From NCBI GenBank assembly GCA_964486045.1, contig CAZALK010000009.1, positions 137,309 to 201,308 on the forward strand: a stretch of DNA of 64,000 nt, given 5' to 3'. The translations under genes were made by a program, and so were the position numbers. Below the pieces are notes generated by a model. That model was given only the letters and a program-made list of their open reading frames with translations. It had not been told where the DNA came from and searched no databases. This document shows positions 41,801 through 51,934 of the stretch, one piece after another (the first letter of the stretch is position 1; each line of letters begins with the position of its first letter). The DNA is from an uncultured archaeon. Lineage in GTDB: Archaea; Asgardarchaeota; Lokiarchaeia; Sigyniarchaeales; SOKP01.

Positions 41801-43267
41801 TTGAAAGATGTAATTATTAACGATCAATGGATTTTAAATCGAGTCTCTTCTCAGAGTAATAGTTTTAGCTCTTGGATTAAAAATATTTTAAAAAGTGTAG
41901 ATAAATTTCTTGGTGAAGCCCCACCTGAAGTTCTTAGTGAACTTAAAAAAAAAAAGGACTTTACTTCTTTAAAGGATTTAGATATGAATTTGTCAAAAGC
42001 AGAGAAAGCACTGACAAATTCTGGACTTTTCGGAAAAAAGGCTTTTGGTTTTGGGATGAAAATTCTTAATTCGATAAAAAAGCCCATTCAAAAAGATCTT
42101 AAGGATGTGTTTCAAGATTTAGACTTTGATTTTGATTTTTTAACCGGGAAACGAAAAAACTTATCTTCTACTCTTTATGATGTCTCTAAGGAACGAGGCA
42201 TCGATTCAGAGGGACTATTATATCTCATTCAAGCATTACCTGATCTTGAGACATTTCTATACAGTACAAGTGTGAAAAATTTTTACCGAGATCACACTGA
42301 ACATGCACTTCGTGTGGCTGTATTAGGAGATTTCATTTTAGAACAAGATCTTGGAAATGGATCTTTAGAAGGGATTATTTCTGAATTAACAGGAATAGAT
42401 AAGAAATTATTAAAAGAAAAATTCTGGTGGATCGTTGGCCTGCTTCATGATATTGGGTACCCGTTAGGAAAAATGACAACAGCTGTGAACTATTCATTAG
42501 TTAATCAGTTATTAAAATGCTATCCAACTTTAGATTTGGAATTTACTCCCTTCGAAATTAATTTAGCTTGGAAGGGGAGTCAAAAAGAATATTTAGAAAT
42601 CATTGAAGAAGGTCTTTCAAAAGAAGCTAAGGAGTTAATAAGACAAGGAGCAGGATATTACAACCAAGAGATCTCAAAACATGATTTACAATTATTTCTA
42701 AAGAAACCAGAGGGACATCCAGAATATAAATTTAATAGTTCTATCAAATTGGATCATGGAGTGATTTCTGCACTTTCTCTTTTGAGAGGATTGGGAACTC
42801 CTGAAGAAATAACAAGCAATGATAAGTATGAGAGTTATATTATTGCAGCAAAATCTATTGCGTTACATAATTTTAAAACTAAACTCAAAGATTATGTTTT
42901 TGATACACAACCCTTAGCTTTTTTCTTAATGTTTATTGATGATATGCAAGAATGGGGAAGACCTATCCCTATTCAAATACGAGACATGTATTTTACTACT
43001 GAATTGAAAAAAGTAAACTTATTAGAGGAAATTTCCTTAAACTTAGATGAATTTACTTGGTTAATGCAATTTAAAAATCAACAAGCTAAAAAGCTTATGA
43101 AGTTTGATTTTAAACTTTTTTCAAATGAAAAGAAAAAAAATTTTGGAAGGTTAAGTAGTGGAATAAATTTCCCAAAAACAACAATTAATCTTCAGGATAT
43201 AAAAATATCAAATCAAAAAAGTAAAAATAAGGAAGAAATTTTAGCTTATGACACAATTACAATATGA
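41801..43267 (+). CDS. HD-domain metal-dependent phosphohydrolase
   Basis: RDHTEHALRV, LLHDIGYP, DHG, IALHN and DDMQEWGR. Confidence 0.85.
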   Translation: MKDVIINDQWILNRVSSQSNSFSSWIKNILKSVDKFLGEAPPEVLSELKKKKDFTSLKDLDMNLSKAEKALTNSGLFGKKAFGFGMKILNSIKKPIQKDLKDVFQDLDFDFDFLTGKRKNLSSTLYDVSKERGIDSEGLLYLIQALPDLETFLYSTSVKNFYRDHTEHALRVAVLGDFILEQDLGNGSLEGIISELTGIDKKLLKEKFWWIVGLLHDIGYPLGKMTTAVNYSLVNQLLKCYPTLDLEFTPFEINLAWKGSQKEYLEIIEEGLSKEAKELIRQGAGYYNQEISKHDLQLFLKKPEGHPEYKFNSSIKLDHGVISALSLLRGLGTPEEITSNDKYESYIIAAKSIALHNFKTKLKDYVFDTQPLAFFLMFIDDMQEWGRPIPIQIRDMYFTTELKKVNLLEEISLNLDEFTWLMQFKNQQAKKLMKFDFKLFSNEKKKNFGRLSSGINFPKTTINLQDIKISNQKSKNKEEILAYDTITI

Positions 43268-43277
43268 TAGGTTATAA

Positions 43278-43562
43278 ATCATAGAGGAACTTAAAGATAA
43301 GGGTCATAAAATTTATCATGCTATTTTTGAAAATAAAAAATCTGTTGAAATTGACGAAATCGAGTATCCGATAAAAAAATTCTCAAGGGGCATCAAATAT
43401 GTAGACCTGTTTGGATATAGATATATTGAACAGAATCGGAATAAGAAATCTGAATGGGGCAAAAAAGCACGAGAAGGCCATAAAATCATGTGGATAATAA
43501 AAGGAAGAAAGTATATGGTAAGAATTATGGATGGGGAATATATCGATTTAAAAAAAGGTTAA
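43278..43562 (+). CDS. Conserved-looking 94-aa protein lacking an ATG/GTG/TTG start (absent from ORF track)
   Basis: Open frame IIEELKDKGHK...YIEQNRNKKSEWGKKAREGHKIMWII...DGEYIDLKKG* directly after the HD gene; the only plausible starts are ATC/ATA. Confidence 0.7.
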   Translation: MIEELKDKGHKIYHAIFENKKSVEIDEIEYPIKKFSRGIKYVDLFGYRYIEQNRNKKSEWGKKAREGHKIMWIIKGRKYMVRIMDGEYIDLKKG

Positions 43563-43880
43563 AAAAAATTATATAATTAATTATTTATCGTTTTCTTCTC
43601 TTAATACTCACTTCTAATAATTTTATAAAGTTTTCTGTGGTGTCAAGTATTTAATTTCAAAAATTGGAACCCATTTAATTTTTAATTATTCTTCTACACC
43701 TTTTTAATATGAGAAAAAAAATAGAAGAGGATTTAATTATAATAAGAAATCCGTTTCTTGCATTTAAGCATGAAAAAAATTAGTTATATTTACGCTTATT
43801 TTTTCCATTTCTTTTTTTTTTTATCGTATTTTTTTTATTATGAATATGATTTATATTAGTTAGAGAAGAATTATACTACT

Positions 43881-44603
43881 TTGAAATTAATTATGGAATC
43901 AAAAAAAGATATCAAAATTAAACCTAAATCTTCAAATATAACAAAAATTATTTTCCAAGATGCCTGTAATACCGAGGACTTCAATGCAAAATCTGGTGCC
44001 TCTCTTTCAAAAGAGGAAAATTCTATTAGACATTACATCTTAGCTCAAACACCGATTTTGGGAAGAATTCCTGCAATAAATGAGATACAAGGAAATTTTC
44101 GGTATATTCGTGAGGATGAATTTAGGAAGATAATAAATCGATTAGATGAAGTTGATGCTATCCATCTAAATGAGACTAAAACGTTGATTGAAGCGGCTTA
44201 CCCATTTTCTGGCCCTAAAACAAATCATGTAATTAAATTCAAAAAAGATTCATTTAAGAGAATTTATGCAATGTGTGCTATAGATGCCTTAGGTATACCC
44301 TTTATGGTAAAGAGTGATATTGACATCCACTCAAAATGTTTTCACTGTAATGATGAGATTAATATTGAAATAATAAATTATGAAATTACTTCGGTGATGC
44401 CAAGAGATCTTGTAGTATGGGGACACATGGACTACTCATGTTGTGCAGCAACTTCATTATGCAATAATATCAATTTTTTTTCATCTAAACAACATTTCGA
44501 GGAGTGGGAGAAAAGGGTAGGCAAAAAGAAAGGATATATTTTAAAAATTCAAGAAGCTTTTTATTTAGGAAAACTATTTTTTGAAAAACGGTTAAGCACT
44601 TGA
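43881..44603 (+). CDS. Alkylmercury lyase (MerB)-like protein
   Basis: AYPFS, YAMCAIDALGI, S.CFHC and CCAATSLCNNINFF. Confidence 0.8.
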   Translation: MKLIMESKKDIKIKPKSSNITKIIFQDACNTEDFNAKSGASLSKEENSIRHYILAQTPILGRIPAINEIQGNFRYIREDEFRKIINRLDEVDAIHLNETKTLIEAAYPFSGPKTNHVIKFKKDSFKRIYAMCAIDALGIPFMVKSDIDIHSKCFHCNDEINIEIINYEITSVMPRDLVVWGHMDYSCCAATSLCNNINFFSSKQHFEEWEKRVGKKKGYILKIQEAFYLGKLFFEKRLST

Positions 44604-44606
44604 TAT

Positions 44607-45211
44607 CTACAATCTTTTTTCATTTGAATTTTCTAGAATTAATTCCAGATATGATTTCTTAATTGAATTTTCTTTATTAAAGCCAAATATGCCTAAAAAT
44701 TCAAATAATATTTCACGAGATTCTTCTATTTCTCCCTTCGAATCTGATAAATATTCAACTTCAACGAAATATTGTCTTAAAGCGGGTAAAAAGTCAATAA
44801 GCGCCTCAATTTTGTAATTTTTGTATTGAAATTGGAAAAGATCTCTATCTTTTTTTACAGTTAAGACTTCTTGAAAACCCAATATCTCGAATATTTCTTT
44901 CATTTTATCAATATTCTCAATTTTAATTTCAATCTCTTCACGACTTTTCGTTATTGTGTCAAATTTTTTTCCTTTAATGTCAAAAAATAATCCGTTTTAA
45001 CATCTTCTTTGATAATATTTTTATCAAATTTGGTAGATTTTCTGAGTCTTAAAGCTTCATCGGTCTGTTTGAAATCTCTTAAGACTTTTGGCATATTATA
45101 GTATGTATCTTCATGAGTCAAGGAAAATTTATAGGAACCTTGATTTGACTCAAACTTTTTTCTCATTAATATCGGATCAGAAATTTTTATCTTAATTTCT
45201 ACTTCAATCAT
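44607..45211 (-). pseudogene. cyaB: CYTH/class IV adenylate cyclase (CyaB-like), split by a 1-nt frameshift
   Basis: EVEIK, DTYY and DEALRLR in 44951..45211; the -1 frame resumes KGKKFDTITKSREEIE...V.K.R...FVEVE...SYLEL. One base is missing near 44975 (expected T-Y/F-K-G). Confidence 0.8.
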
Positions 45212-45296
45212 TAACTAATTCTACTTTCCTCTGATAACAGTTATAATCTATTATTTTTTATTAAGTATTAATAGTTGTAAATAAAGCTGATATTTT

Positions 45297-46265
45297 ATCT
45301 CTCAAAATCAAAATCTAGCTCAAAATCTTGCGCAGGAATATGGGTATTTACCCTATATGATTGAAAAGTATTTAAAGTTCTTAGGGATAGATGATACCAT
45401 TAAGTTACTAGTAGCAAATGAAAAACCATTAACTCCTTCCATTAGAGTAAATACTCTTAAAATTAAAACCAGTGAATTGCAAAAACGCCTAGAACAAAAA
45501 GGATTTGAATTAGAGTCGATTAATTGGGTTTCTTATGCATTCAAAATCCTAAAAAAAACTTACAATATCGGATCTCTTCATGAATACTTACAAGGTTATT
45601 TCTATCTGCAAAATGTTGCTTCTATGCTTCCACCAATTATTCTTAACCCTAAATCAAATGATGTTGTAATCGATATGTGTGCGGCCCCAGGAGGAAAAGC
45701 TACCCATTTATCTCAACTAATGAACAACAAAGGAAATTTAATTTTGATTGAAAGAAATAAAAATAGGATTCCTGCTTTGGAAGTTAATCTGCGTAGAATG
45801 GGGGTTACAAATTCAACTGTACTAAATTATGATGCTATAAATCTATCAAATTTAAAGATAAAAGCAGACAAAATTTTATTAGATGCTCCATGCACTGGTG
45901 AAGGTTTGATTAGACAAGATGTTAGTAGGAAAAAAAGCAAGAAATTGAGTGATATTGAAAAAATGTCTTCGATTCAAAAGAAGTTGCTGAAATCAGGTCT
46001 AAATGCTTTAAAACCGAAAGGCGAACTACTTTATAGCACATGTTCTATTGCTCCTGAAGAAAACGAGTTTGTCATTCATGAGGTGTTAGAAGAACGAACC
46101 GATGTTGAAATTAGCAAAATATCCGAGTCTTATGGTTTGGAAGGGCTAACGGAAGTATATGGAAAATCGCTTAGAGCCAATTTAAAATATGCTCATAGAT
46201 TCTATCCACAAATTCATGACACAATTGGATTCTTTATTTGCTTTATTAGAAAATTGAATAAGTAA
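45297..46265 (+). CDS. NOL1/NOP2/Sun family RNA m5C methyltransferase
   Basis: IRVNTLK, DMCAAPGGKAT, ILLDAPCTGEG and YSTCSIAPEENE. ORF-track start is 45357, but conserved LAQEYGYLPY lies upstream. Confidence 0.92.
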   Translation: MSQNQNLAQNLAQEYGYLPYMIEKYLKFLGIDDTIKLLVANEKPLTPSIRVNTLKIKTSELQKRLEQKGFELESINWVSYAFKILKKTYNIGSLHEYLQGYFYLQNVASMLPPIILNPKSNDVVIDMCAAPGGKATHLSQLMNNKGNLILIERNKNRIPALEVNLRRMGVTNSTVLNYDAINLSNLKIKADKILLDAPCTGEGLIRQDVSRKKSKKLSDIEKMSSIQKKLLKSGLNALKPKGELLYSTCSIAPEENEFVIHEVLEERTDVEISKISESYGLEGLTEVYGKSLRANLKYAHRFYPQIHDTIGFFICFIRKLNK

Positions 46266-46293
46266 ACTCTATTTAGGAGAATTTTTTTATTAA

Positions 46294-46923
46294 CTATTGA
46301 GCTTTTCTTAAATATTTGCCTTTATCACTTATATTTATGGCGATATTATCTTTGGGTTTTAAAGTATGGATTATTTTTTCATCACATTGCGACTGACAAA
46401 TCCCTACTATTTCATTAAAATTATTTAGTACTAGCAGAATATCTCTTTTCTTTAAATTTTGAGGAACCTTAACAATCATATTCCTTGAAATATTATTTCC
46501 ATACAGAAATGATTTTTCCCCCTTATTATTGAGAAATAGTTGTTGAAATTCAGGAAATATCTTTTTCTCATGTAAAAATTCAGCTCCTTCTAGACTTAAA
46601 TAAAATTTCACTTTCTTGATAAAGCCAAAATATAGCCCTACTGAATGGATTATGTTTTTATCGTTTATTAGCTCCACGATTCCTTTTTGTCCTTTTTCTA
46701 TTAGAAAAATCAATGGATAGTTATTCTTGGAATCGTTTTCTTTAAATGAAATATATAAGAAATATTGAAGATCATATAGCATTTGTAAGATTTTACTAGA
46801 AATGGTTGATTGCGATTGAAGTATAATTTTTTTTTCAAAAGAATTAATCTCTCTGAAATTTTCTAAATCATTCATTTTTAATTGAAATGGAAAGAAATAA
46901 GAATTTTTATAATTATTAGTCAT
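46294..46923 (-). CDS. NIP7-like PUA-domain ribosome biogenesis protein
   Basis: SVGLYFG, LSLEGA, GEKSFLYGN and C-terminal DKGKYLR. Confidence 0.8.
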   Translation of the reverse strand: MTNNYKNSYFFPFQLKMNDLENFREINSFEKKIILQSQSTISSKILQMLYDLQYFLYISFKENDSKNNYPLIFLIEKGQKGIVELINDKNIIHSVGLYFGFIKKVKFYLSLEGAEFLHEKKIFPEFQQLFLNNKGEKSFLYGNNISRNMIVKVPQNLKKRDILLVLNNFNEIVGICQSQCDEKIIHTLKPKDNIAINISDKGKYLRKAQ

Positions 46924-46954
46924 TAAAGGTATTAAAAAATAGTGCTATCTAAAA

Positions 46955-47668
46955 ATGGGCATTCGAAAAATAGAAGATGAAATTGATTTAAAAGAGGCCA
47001 TGAAAAAGAAGGCTGCTGAATTGCAAATGAAGGAAATGCAAGCAAAAGCTTCTGTTGAAAAATTTACTAAAGATCGATTACGAGAGCTTGCGAAGAAACA
47101 TGGGGTTCTATTAGCTTTAACCCCTGAATTAAGAGAAGAAGTAAAAGAATTACAAAAAAAATACAATATTCCCTCTTCTAAAATAATAACTGAACAGATT
47201 ACGGAGCATGATGTTCTAAAAAAATTTTCTAAAATTGATCACCAAAAGCTAGGAATGCTGGCATACCAAAGAGTATTGATGAGCAAAGAAGAGACTGGAG
47301 GAATTGTACCATTGTCTGAGGTATTTGAACTAGTTAATACTGGTATTTTAAAAGGGAATGTTCAAATTAAGGATGTCAAAAAAGCACTAAAGATATTAAA
47401 GAAAACAAGAGTTATTGACGACCTTACAGAATTGGATTCCGGCGTTATAATGGTTCGTTTTTTCCCTATTCAATATACGGGAGATGAGACCAAAGTTGTT
47501 GAATTAGCTAAAGAAAAGGGATTCCTTACCATGGAAAATGTATGTATTAAGTTGAGCTGGTCCCAAAATCGCGCCTTTCGAGCTTTAGAATCCCTTGAAA
47601 AAAGTGGAATAGCAAAATTTAGAGAAAATATCTTAACAGGGAAGCAATGGTTTTTCCCATCAATTTAG
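46955..47668 (+). CDS. ESCRT-II Vps22/Vps36-like (EAP30 domain) protein
   Basis: ETGGIVPLSEV...DVKKALKIL and tandem winged helices ending LSWSQNRAFRALESLEKSG...WFFP; adjacent to Vps4. Confidence 0.82.
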   Translation: MGIRKIEDEIDLKEAMKKKAAELQMKEMQAKASVEKFTKDRLRELAKKHGVLLALTPELREEVKELQKKYNIPSSKIITEQITEHDVLKKFSKIDHQKLGMLAYQRVLMSKEETGGIVPLSEVFELVNTGILKGNVQIKDVKKALKILKKTRVIDDLTELDSGVIMVRFFPIQYTGDETKVVELAKEKGFLTMENVCIKLSWSQNRAFRALESLEKSGIAKFRENILTGKQWFFPSI

Positions 47669-47678
47669 AATGAAATAT

Positions 47679-48617
47679 TTACTCCAATATAATTTTCAAG
47701 GCTAATTGTCCATTGTCTAATTTAAGGACCTTAGCTCTACGATTTTTTGCCAAAATTTTAAAAATTGTTTCTAAATCCTCTAAAGGGAGATTAGAAAAAT
47801 CCTCATCTTTAGCTTCTCTAAGTTCAAAAATCATGACAGGTTCTATTTTCCCATTATCATAAGCCCATCTATATATCTCATCTGACCATACTTCAAGGGT
47901 TTTCCAATATACTCTTAATTTATCTTTCTTTTTAGAGAGCCATTTGGCTTGTTTTTGATCAATTAGCTCTTCTGCTATTTCAATTATATATTGTTCTCTA
48001 TTAGTAAAATCAGAAAAAGGCTTATGAGAATTTAATTCTCTAATATATATAATATGGAGAACTGCAAATCGAGCATAATCAAAAAGAATTTTTGCCCATT
48101 CTGTTTTCCAAGAAGTATAATCACTTTTATGTTTATTCCTATCAGGCATAGCATACATAAATTTTTTACGTTCTTCTTGTAACCAGGGGTAAGCAGTTAA
48201 CAATTCCTCATAAGATGTTAATTTCTTTTGAATTAAACCTTTTTCTCCTATAATTTCTTTCTCAAGCTCTTGAAGTTCTGCTTCTATTTGCTCTGCGTGC
48301 GCTTTATAAATTTTACTATCAATGTCTCCTACTTGAGAATTCAAAATATTTTCAAGTTTGTCAAATTCTTCTTCAATATGGCTTAAGTCAGCTATTTTTA
48401 AGTCTTCTTCATTAATTATGTGCTTTTGGGCAGCTTCTTTTTCTAATTGTTCTTTTTCCTTCTTAATTTCTCTTAATCTTGAAAGTTCTTTCTTTAATGC
48501 TTCTAATTCCTTTTCAGCTTTTTCTTTGGTTTCTTTAGGTTTTTCTTCTGATCTCTCTCTTTGTCGCTCCATCTTTCTCTTTTCTCTTTCTGTTATTCTC
48601 CGAACTCTTGTGCCCAT
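47679..48617 (-). CDS. ESCRT-II Vps25-like protein with long N-terminal coiled coil
   Basis: VYWKTLEVWSDEIYRWA...FEL...F..LP...L..L resembles the Vps25 winged helix; co-oriented with and overlapping vps4. Confidence 0.8.
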   Translation of the reverse strand: MGTRVRRITEREKRKMERQRERSEEKPKETKEKAEKELEALKKELSRLREIKKEKEQLEKEAAQKHIINEEDLKIADLSHIEEEFDKLENILNSQVGDIDSKIYKAHAEQIEAELQELEKEIIGEKGLIQKKLTSYEELLTAYPWLQEERKKFMYAMPDRNKHKSDYTSWKTEWAKILFDYARFAVLHIIYIRELNSHKPFSDFTNREQYIIEIAEELIDQKQAKWLSKKKDKLRVYWKTLEVWSDEIYRWAYDNGKIEPVMIFELREAKDEDFSNLPLEDLETIFKILAKNRRAKVLKLDNGQLALKIILE

Positions 48618-49801
48618 TCATTATATTGCTTCATTAGCGCTTTATTCGTCATTGGTTTGACTTTTTTAAGTGTGGTTTTGAAATCATTTAAAGTAATATC
48701 TCTTACTTTTACTTCCTGCTCAGAATTCTCTAAAAGCCCACCCATGTCTAATTCGCGAATAGGCAACATGATGACTTCACGACAAACATTTGCTATATCT
48801 CTTCCAGAATATCCATCGGATCTGACGGCTAATTCAATAAAGTCTTCATCTGTTAGATCAGTATTTATCCCTTCAGTGTGAATCTTAAAAATTCCTGTTC
48901 TTGCCTTTATATCTGGAAGAGGAACATGGACTCTTTTTTCAAATCTGCTTAGCATTGCATTATCGATGTCCCAGGGACGATTTGTTGCACCTAAAACCAA
49001 TAATGGCTTACCGTGAGTAGATTTTAATCCTTGAATCTCACTTAAAAGTTGAGTTTTTACTCTTCTCTCACCTCCGCTTTCAGAACCTTCTCCCCTTCTT
49101 GTTGCTACTGAATCTATTTCATCCATGAATATAAGACTCGGTGCTTTTAATCGTGCAATTTTAAATAGTGCACTGATCAATTTCTCGCTTTCTCCTAACC
49201 ATTTACTTAACAAATCAGCAGAAGAAGCACTAAAAAAAGTAGCTTGACATTCAGTTGCAGCTGCTTTTGCTAATAATGTCTTACCACATCCAGGAGGACC
49301 GAAAAGTAGTATTCCTGACCAGGGTCTTCTGGCACCCGTGAATAATTCTGGTTTTGCGATTGGTAAAACTATAGCTTCTCTTAGAGCTTGCTTAACATTT
49401 CCTAATCCTGCAATATCTTCCCAATTTACCTTAGGTGATTCCGTTACTATCGTCCCGGATATCATATCAATAAGTTCTTGTTCCTCTGAAGAAACACCAC
49501 TAGTTTCAGAGGAAGAATCATTGCCTCCTCTAGCAGTATCAATTGGCTGTCCCCTCCTCGCTCTTGGTCCACCAAGGTGAGATTTCAGTGCTTTTGCTCG
49601 TTCAACATATTCTTCGATATTTTTTTGACACAACATTCTCATTTGGGGATTCTTATTAAACTTAATAAATTGCATGAGAATTTCTGCTGCTCGTTGGTAC
49701 TGATTGATTGCTTGCCTGTATTTCCCTTCATTATCTAAAGCAACTGCTTCCTTTGCGGTTGTAACAGCGTACTGATAAAGCTTACTATCAACACTAGACA
49801 T
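48593..49801 (-). CDS. vps4: Vps4 AAA+ ATPase (MIT + AAA)
   Basis: N-terminal MIT (AKEAVALD...AINQYQRA), GPPGCGKT, SKWLGESEK, FMDEID, GATNRPW and C-terminal WAQEFG. Confidence 0.95.
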   Translation of the reverse strand: MSSVDSKLYQYAVTTAKEAVALDNEGKYRQAINQYQRAAEILMQFIKFNKNPQMRMLCQKNIEEYVERAKALKSHLGGPRARRGQPIDTARGGNDSSSETSGVSSEEQELIDMISGTIVTESPKVNWEDIAGLGNVKQALREAIVLPIAKPELFTGARRPWSGILLFGPPGCGKTLLAKAAATECQATFFSASSADLLSKWLGESEKLISALFKIARLKAPSLIFMDEIDSVATRRGEGSESGGERRVKTQLLSEIQGLKSTHGKPLLVLGATNRPWDIDNAMLSRFEKRVHVPLPDIKARTGIFKIHTEGINTDLTDEDFIELAVRSDGYSGRDIANVCREVIMLPIRELDMGGLLENSEQEVKVRDITLNDFKTTLKKVKPMTNKALMKQYNEWAQEFGE

Positions 49802-50004
49802 GCCAAATTTAACCTTTAAGAATTAATTATCTATCTTATAAAATTTTTAATATATATAGCTAATGTAAATAAACATTCTGTATAATTAATATTTGTATCT
49901 GTATATATCAAATTTACTCTTTAAACAAACGAGAATAAAGATTGGTCTCCAAAAAATTAAATACTCATCATAGCATTTATATATTATATAATAACCAATA
50001 ATTT

Positions 50005-50643
50005 TTGATAAATATGGGTTTTCTTAAGGATATCTCAAAATGGCTCTCTGGTGGTGGAAAGAAAACTGATTCAGTTCGTTCTGCTTCAATTAAATTAAAA
50101 GTTTTTAATAAAAGATTGATGCGACAGGTGAAAAAATTAGAAATTAGTGGAAAAATCGCAAGAGATAAGGCTGTGAACCTGCGGAGACAAGGTGATATGG
50201 ATAGTTCTAAGTTCCACGCTCGTAATTTTTTACAAATACGGAAGCAAAGCAGAGCAGTGGAGATGTTCCGCACTAATTTAGAAGGATTACAATTTAAATT
50301 AGACCAAGCAAATGCAGTTAAAGATGTTTCCCAAATCATGACGGGAATTGCCCAATCTCTCTCAGTTTTAAAAAATCAGTTCTCTATTCCTCAAATCCAA
50401 GAAGTCATGAGTCAGATCGACATTGATATGGAAGATTTTGCCGTTACCGCTGATATCGCTACAGAGGGCATGGAAAATATCACTATTGATACTGCTGTTA
50501 CTGATACGGATGTTACCGATGTTTTAGGAGAAATAGATGCAGAAATCCAGGTAGAGATGGGTGCTGCTTTGCCCAGTGCTGCATCTGATGAAAAGATTGC
50601 TGAATTAGAGAAAGAGTTGAATCGACTTAAATCGGATGAATAA
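50005..50643 (+). CDS. ESCRT-III (Snf7 family), Vps2/24/46-like
   Basis: Basic N-terminal hairpin, acidic C-half and terminal MIM1-like ELEKELNRLK; the likely start is ATG 50014. Confidence 0.88.
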   Translation: MINMGFLKDISKWLSGGGKKTDSVRSASIKLKVFNKRLMRQVKKLEISGKIARDKAVNLRRQGDMDSSKFHARNFLQIRKQSRAVEMFRTNLEGLQFKLDQANAVKDVSQIMTGIAQSLSVLKNQFSIPQIQEVMSQIDIDMEDFAVTADIATEGMENITIDTAVTDTDVTDVLGEIDAEIQVEMGAALPSAASDEKIAELEKELNRLKSDE

Positions 50644-50739
50644 AATTAATTATCCCTAAAGAACCACTCTTAGCAAAATTATTAAAAGACTTCTTTCTAT
50701 TTTTAAAGTATTCTATAAATCAAAAATTACATTTTTCAA

Positions 50740-51765
50740 GTGAATGTTTTGAGTTTTCCAGAATTAATCACGATTGGGAGTAACACTTTAGATATTTTAA
50801 TTCAGATTGATGATATATTACGCTTTGAATTGTTTGATAAAGATATAATAAAAAAATATACCGCTATTGAATATTCTCGAAAATTAAACGTTAAAGATGT
50901 AAGATTTGTTCCTGGTGGATCAGGAGCAAATATTGCAGCTAATTGTTCGATGTTGGGATTAAGTAGCACATATATTGGTGTTATGGGCAATGACTTTTCC
51001 GCGGGTATATGTTTAACAGATCTTGAAAAACGAGGTGTAGATCTATCCCAGGTTATTCAAACCGATGAAGATTGTACAGCCATCTCAATAATATTAAGGA
51101 CTCAATGGGGTAAAGATAGAAGTATTCTTGCTTACAAAGGGGCAAATAACTTGCTAAAACCATCAGATGTGAAAGAAGAATTATTTAAGAATATTAAAGC
51201 GTTCGCTTGGACATCTTTGACTACTGATGAGAGTTGTAAAGCTATTGAGAAAGCAATTAATCTAACAAAAGCTAACAACGGAATTATTTTCGCCGCACCC
51301 AGTATGTCAATAATAAAAAATGCAACAGAATGGGCAAAAATTCTAATTTCTAAGTCTGATGTGGTTTCATTGAATTTAGAAGAAGCCCAAGAATTTACAG
51401 GAGAAAATAAGAAAACTCTAATGATTAAAAATTTCTTAGATATGGGTGTGAAACTAATCTCTATTACTGATGGTCCTAATGGTTCAATCATTTCAGATGG
51501 TCATACAATAATAAATAGTGGAGTTTATAGTGCAGGAAAGGAAGTGCAGGATACAACTGGGGCTGGAGATGCTTTTTTAACGGGAATATTAATATCTCAT
51601 CTAAATAACTTCTCAATTGAAAAAACATCAAAGTATGCTACCGCGATGTCTTACTTAGAATGTAGAGAAATTGGGGTTCGTGAGGGGTTACCAACCAGTC
51701 TTGGAGAATTGGAGGGCTTTATTGCTAATAATTCCATAAAGCAAGTTATATCGGAAATTATATAA
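50740..51765 (+). CDS. PfkB family carbohydrate kinase
   Basis: GGSGANIA...LG, ITDGPNG and DTTGAGDAF. Confidence 0.94.
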   Translation: MNVLSFPELITIGSNTLDILIQIDDILRFELFDKDIIKKYTAIEYSRKLNVKDVRFVPGGSGANIAANCSMLGLSSTYIGVMGNDFSAGICLTDLEKRGVDLSQVIQTDEDCTAISIILRTQWGKDRSILAYKGANNLLKPSDVKEELFKNIKAFAWTSLTTDESCKAIEKAINLTKANNGIIFAAPSMSIIKNATEWAKILISKSDVVSLNLEEAQEFTGENKKTLMIKNFLDMGVKLISITDGPNGSIISDGHTIINSGVYSAGKEVQDTTGAGDAFLTGILISHLNNFSIEKTSKYATAMSYLECREIGVREGLPTSLGELEGFIANNSIKQVISEII

Positions 51766-51832
51766 TAATTGGTGTACTACTTCTAAAAGCAATAGGTTTT
51801 AATTTTTTAAATTATTATTATTATCAATTTAT

Positions 51833-51934
51833 GCGCTCTTAGTATAGTGGTTATTATGCTGGCTTGCCAAGTCAGCGGCCCGGGTTCAATTCTTGGAATC
51901 AATTAGATTCCTCGTGGATATCCCGGAGGGCGCA
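51833..51934 (+). tRNA. tRNA-Gly(GCC) with 30-nt intron in the T-loop (59/60)
   Basis: Acceptor GCGCTCT/AGGGCGC, anticodon arm CTGGC-TTGCCAA-GTCAG, T-stem CCGGG/CCCGG; intron 51891-51920 with TTCA/TGGA central helix and 3-nt bulges. Confidence 0.93.
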
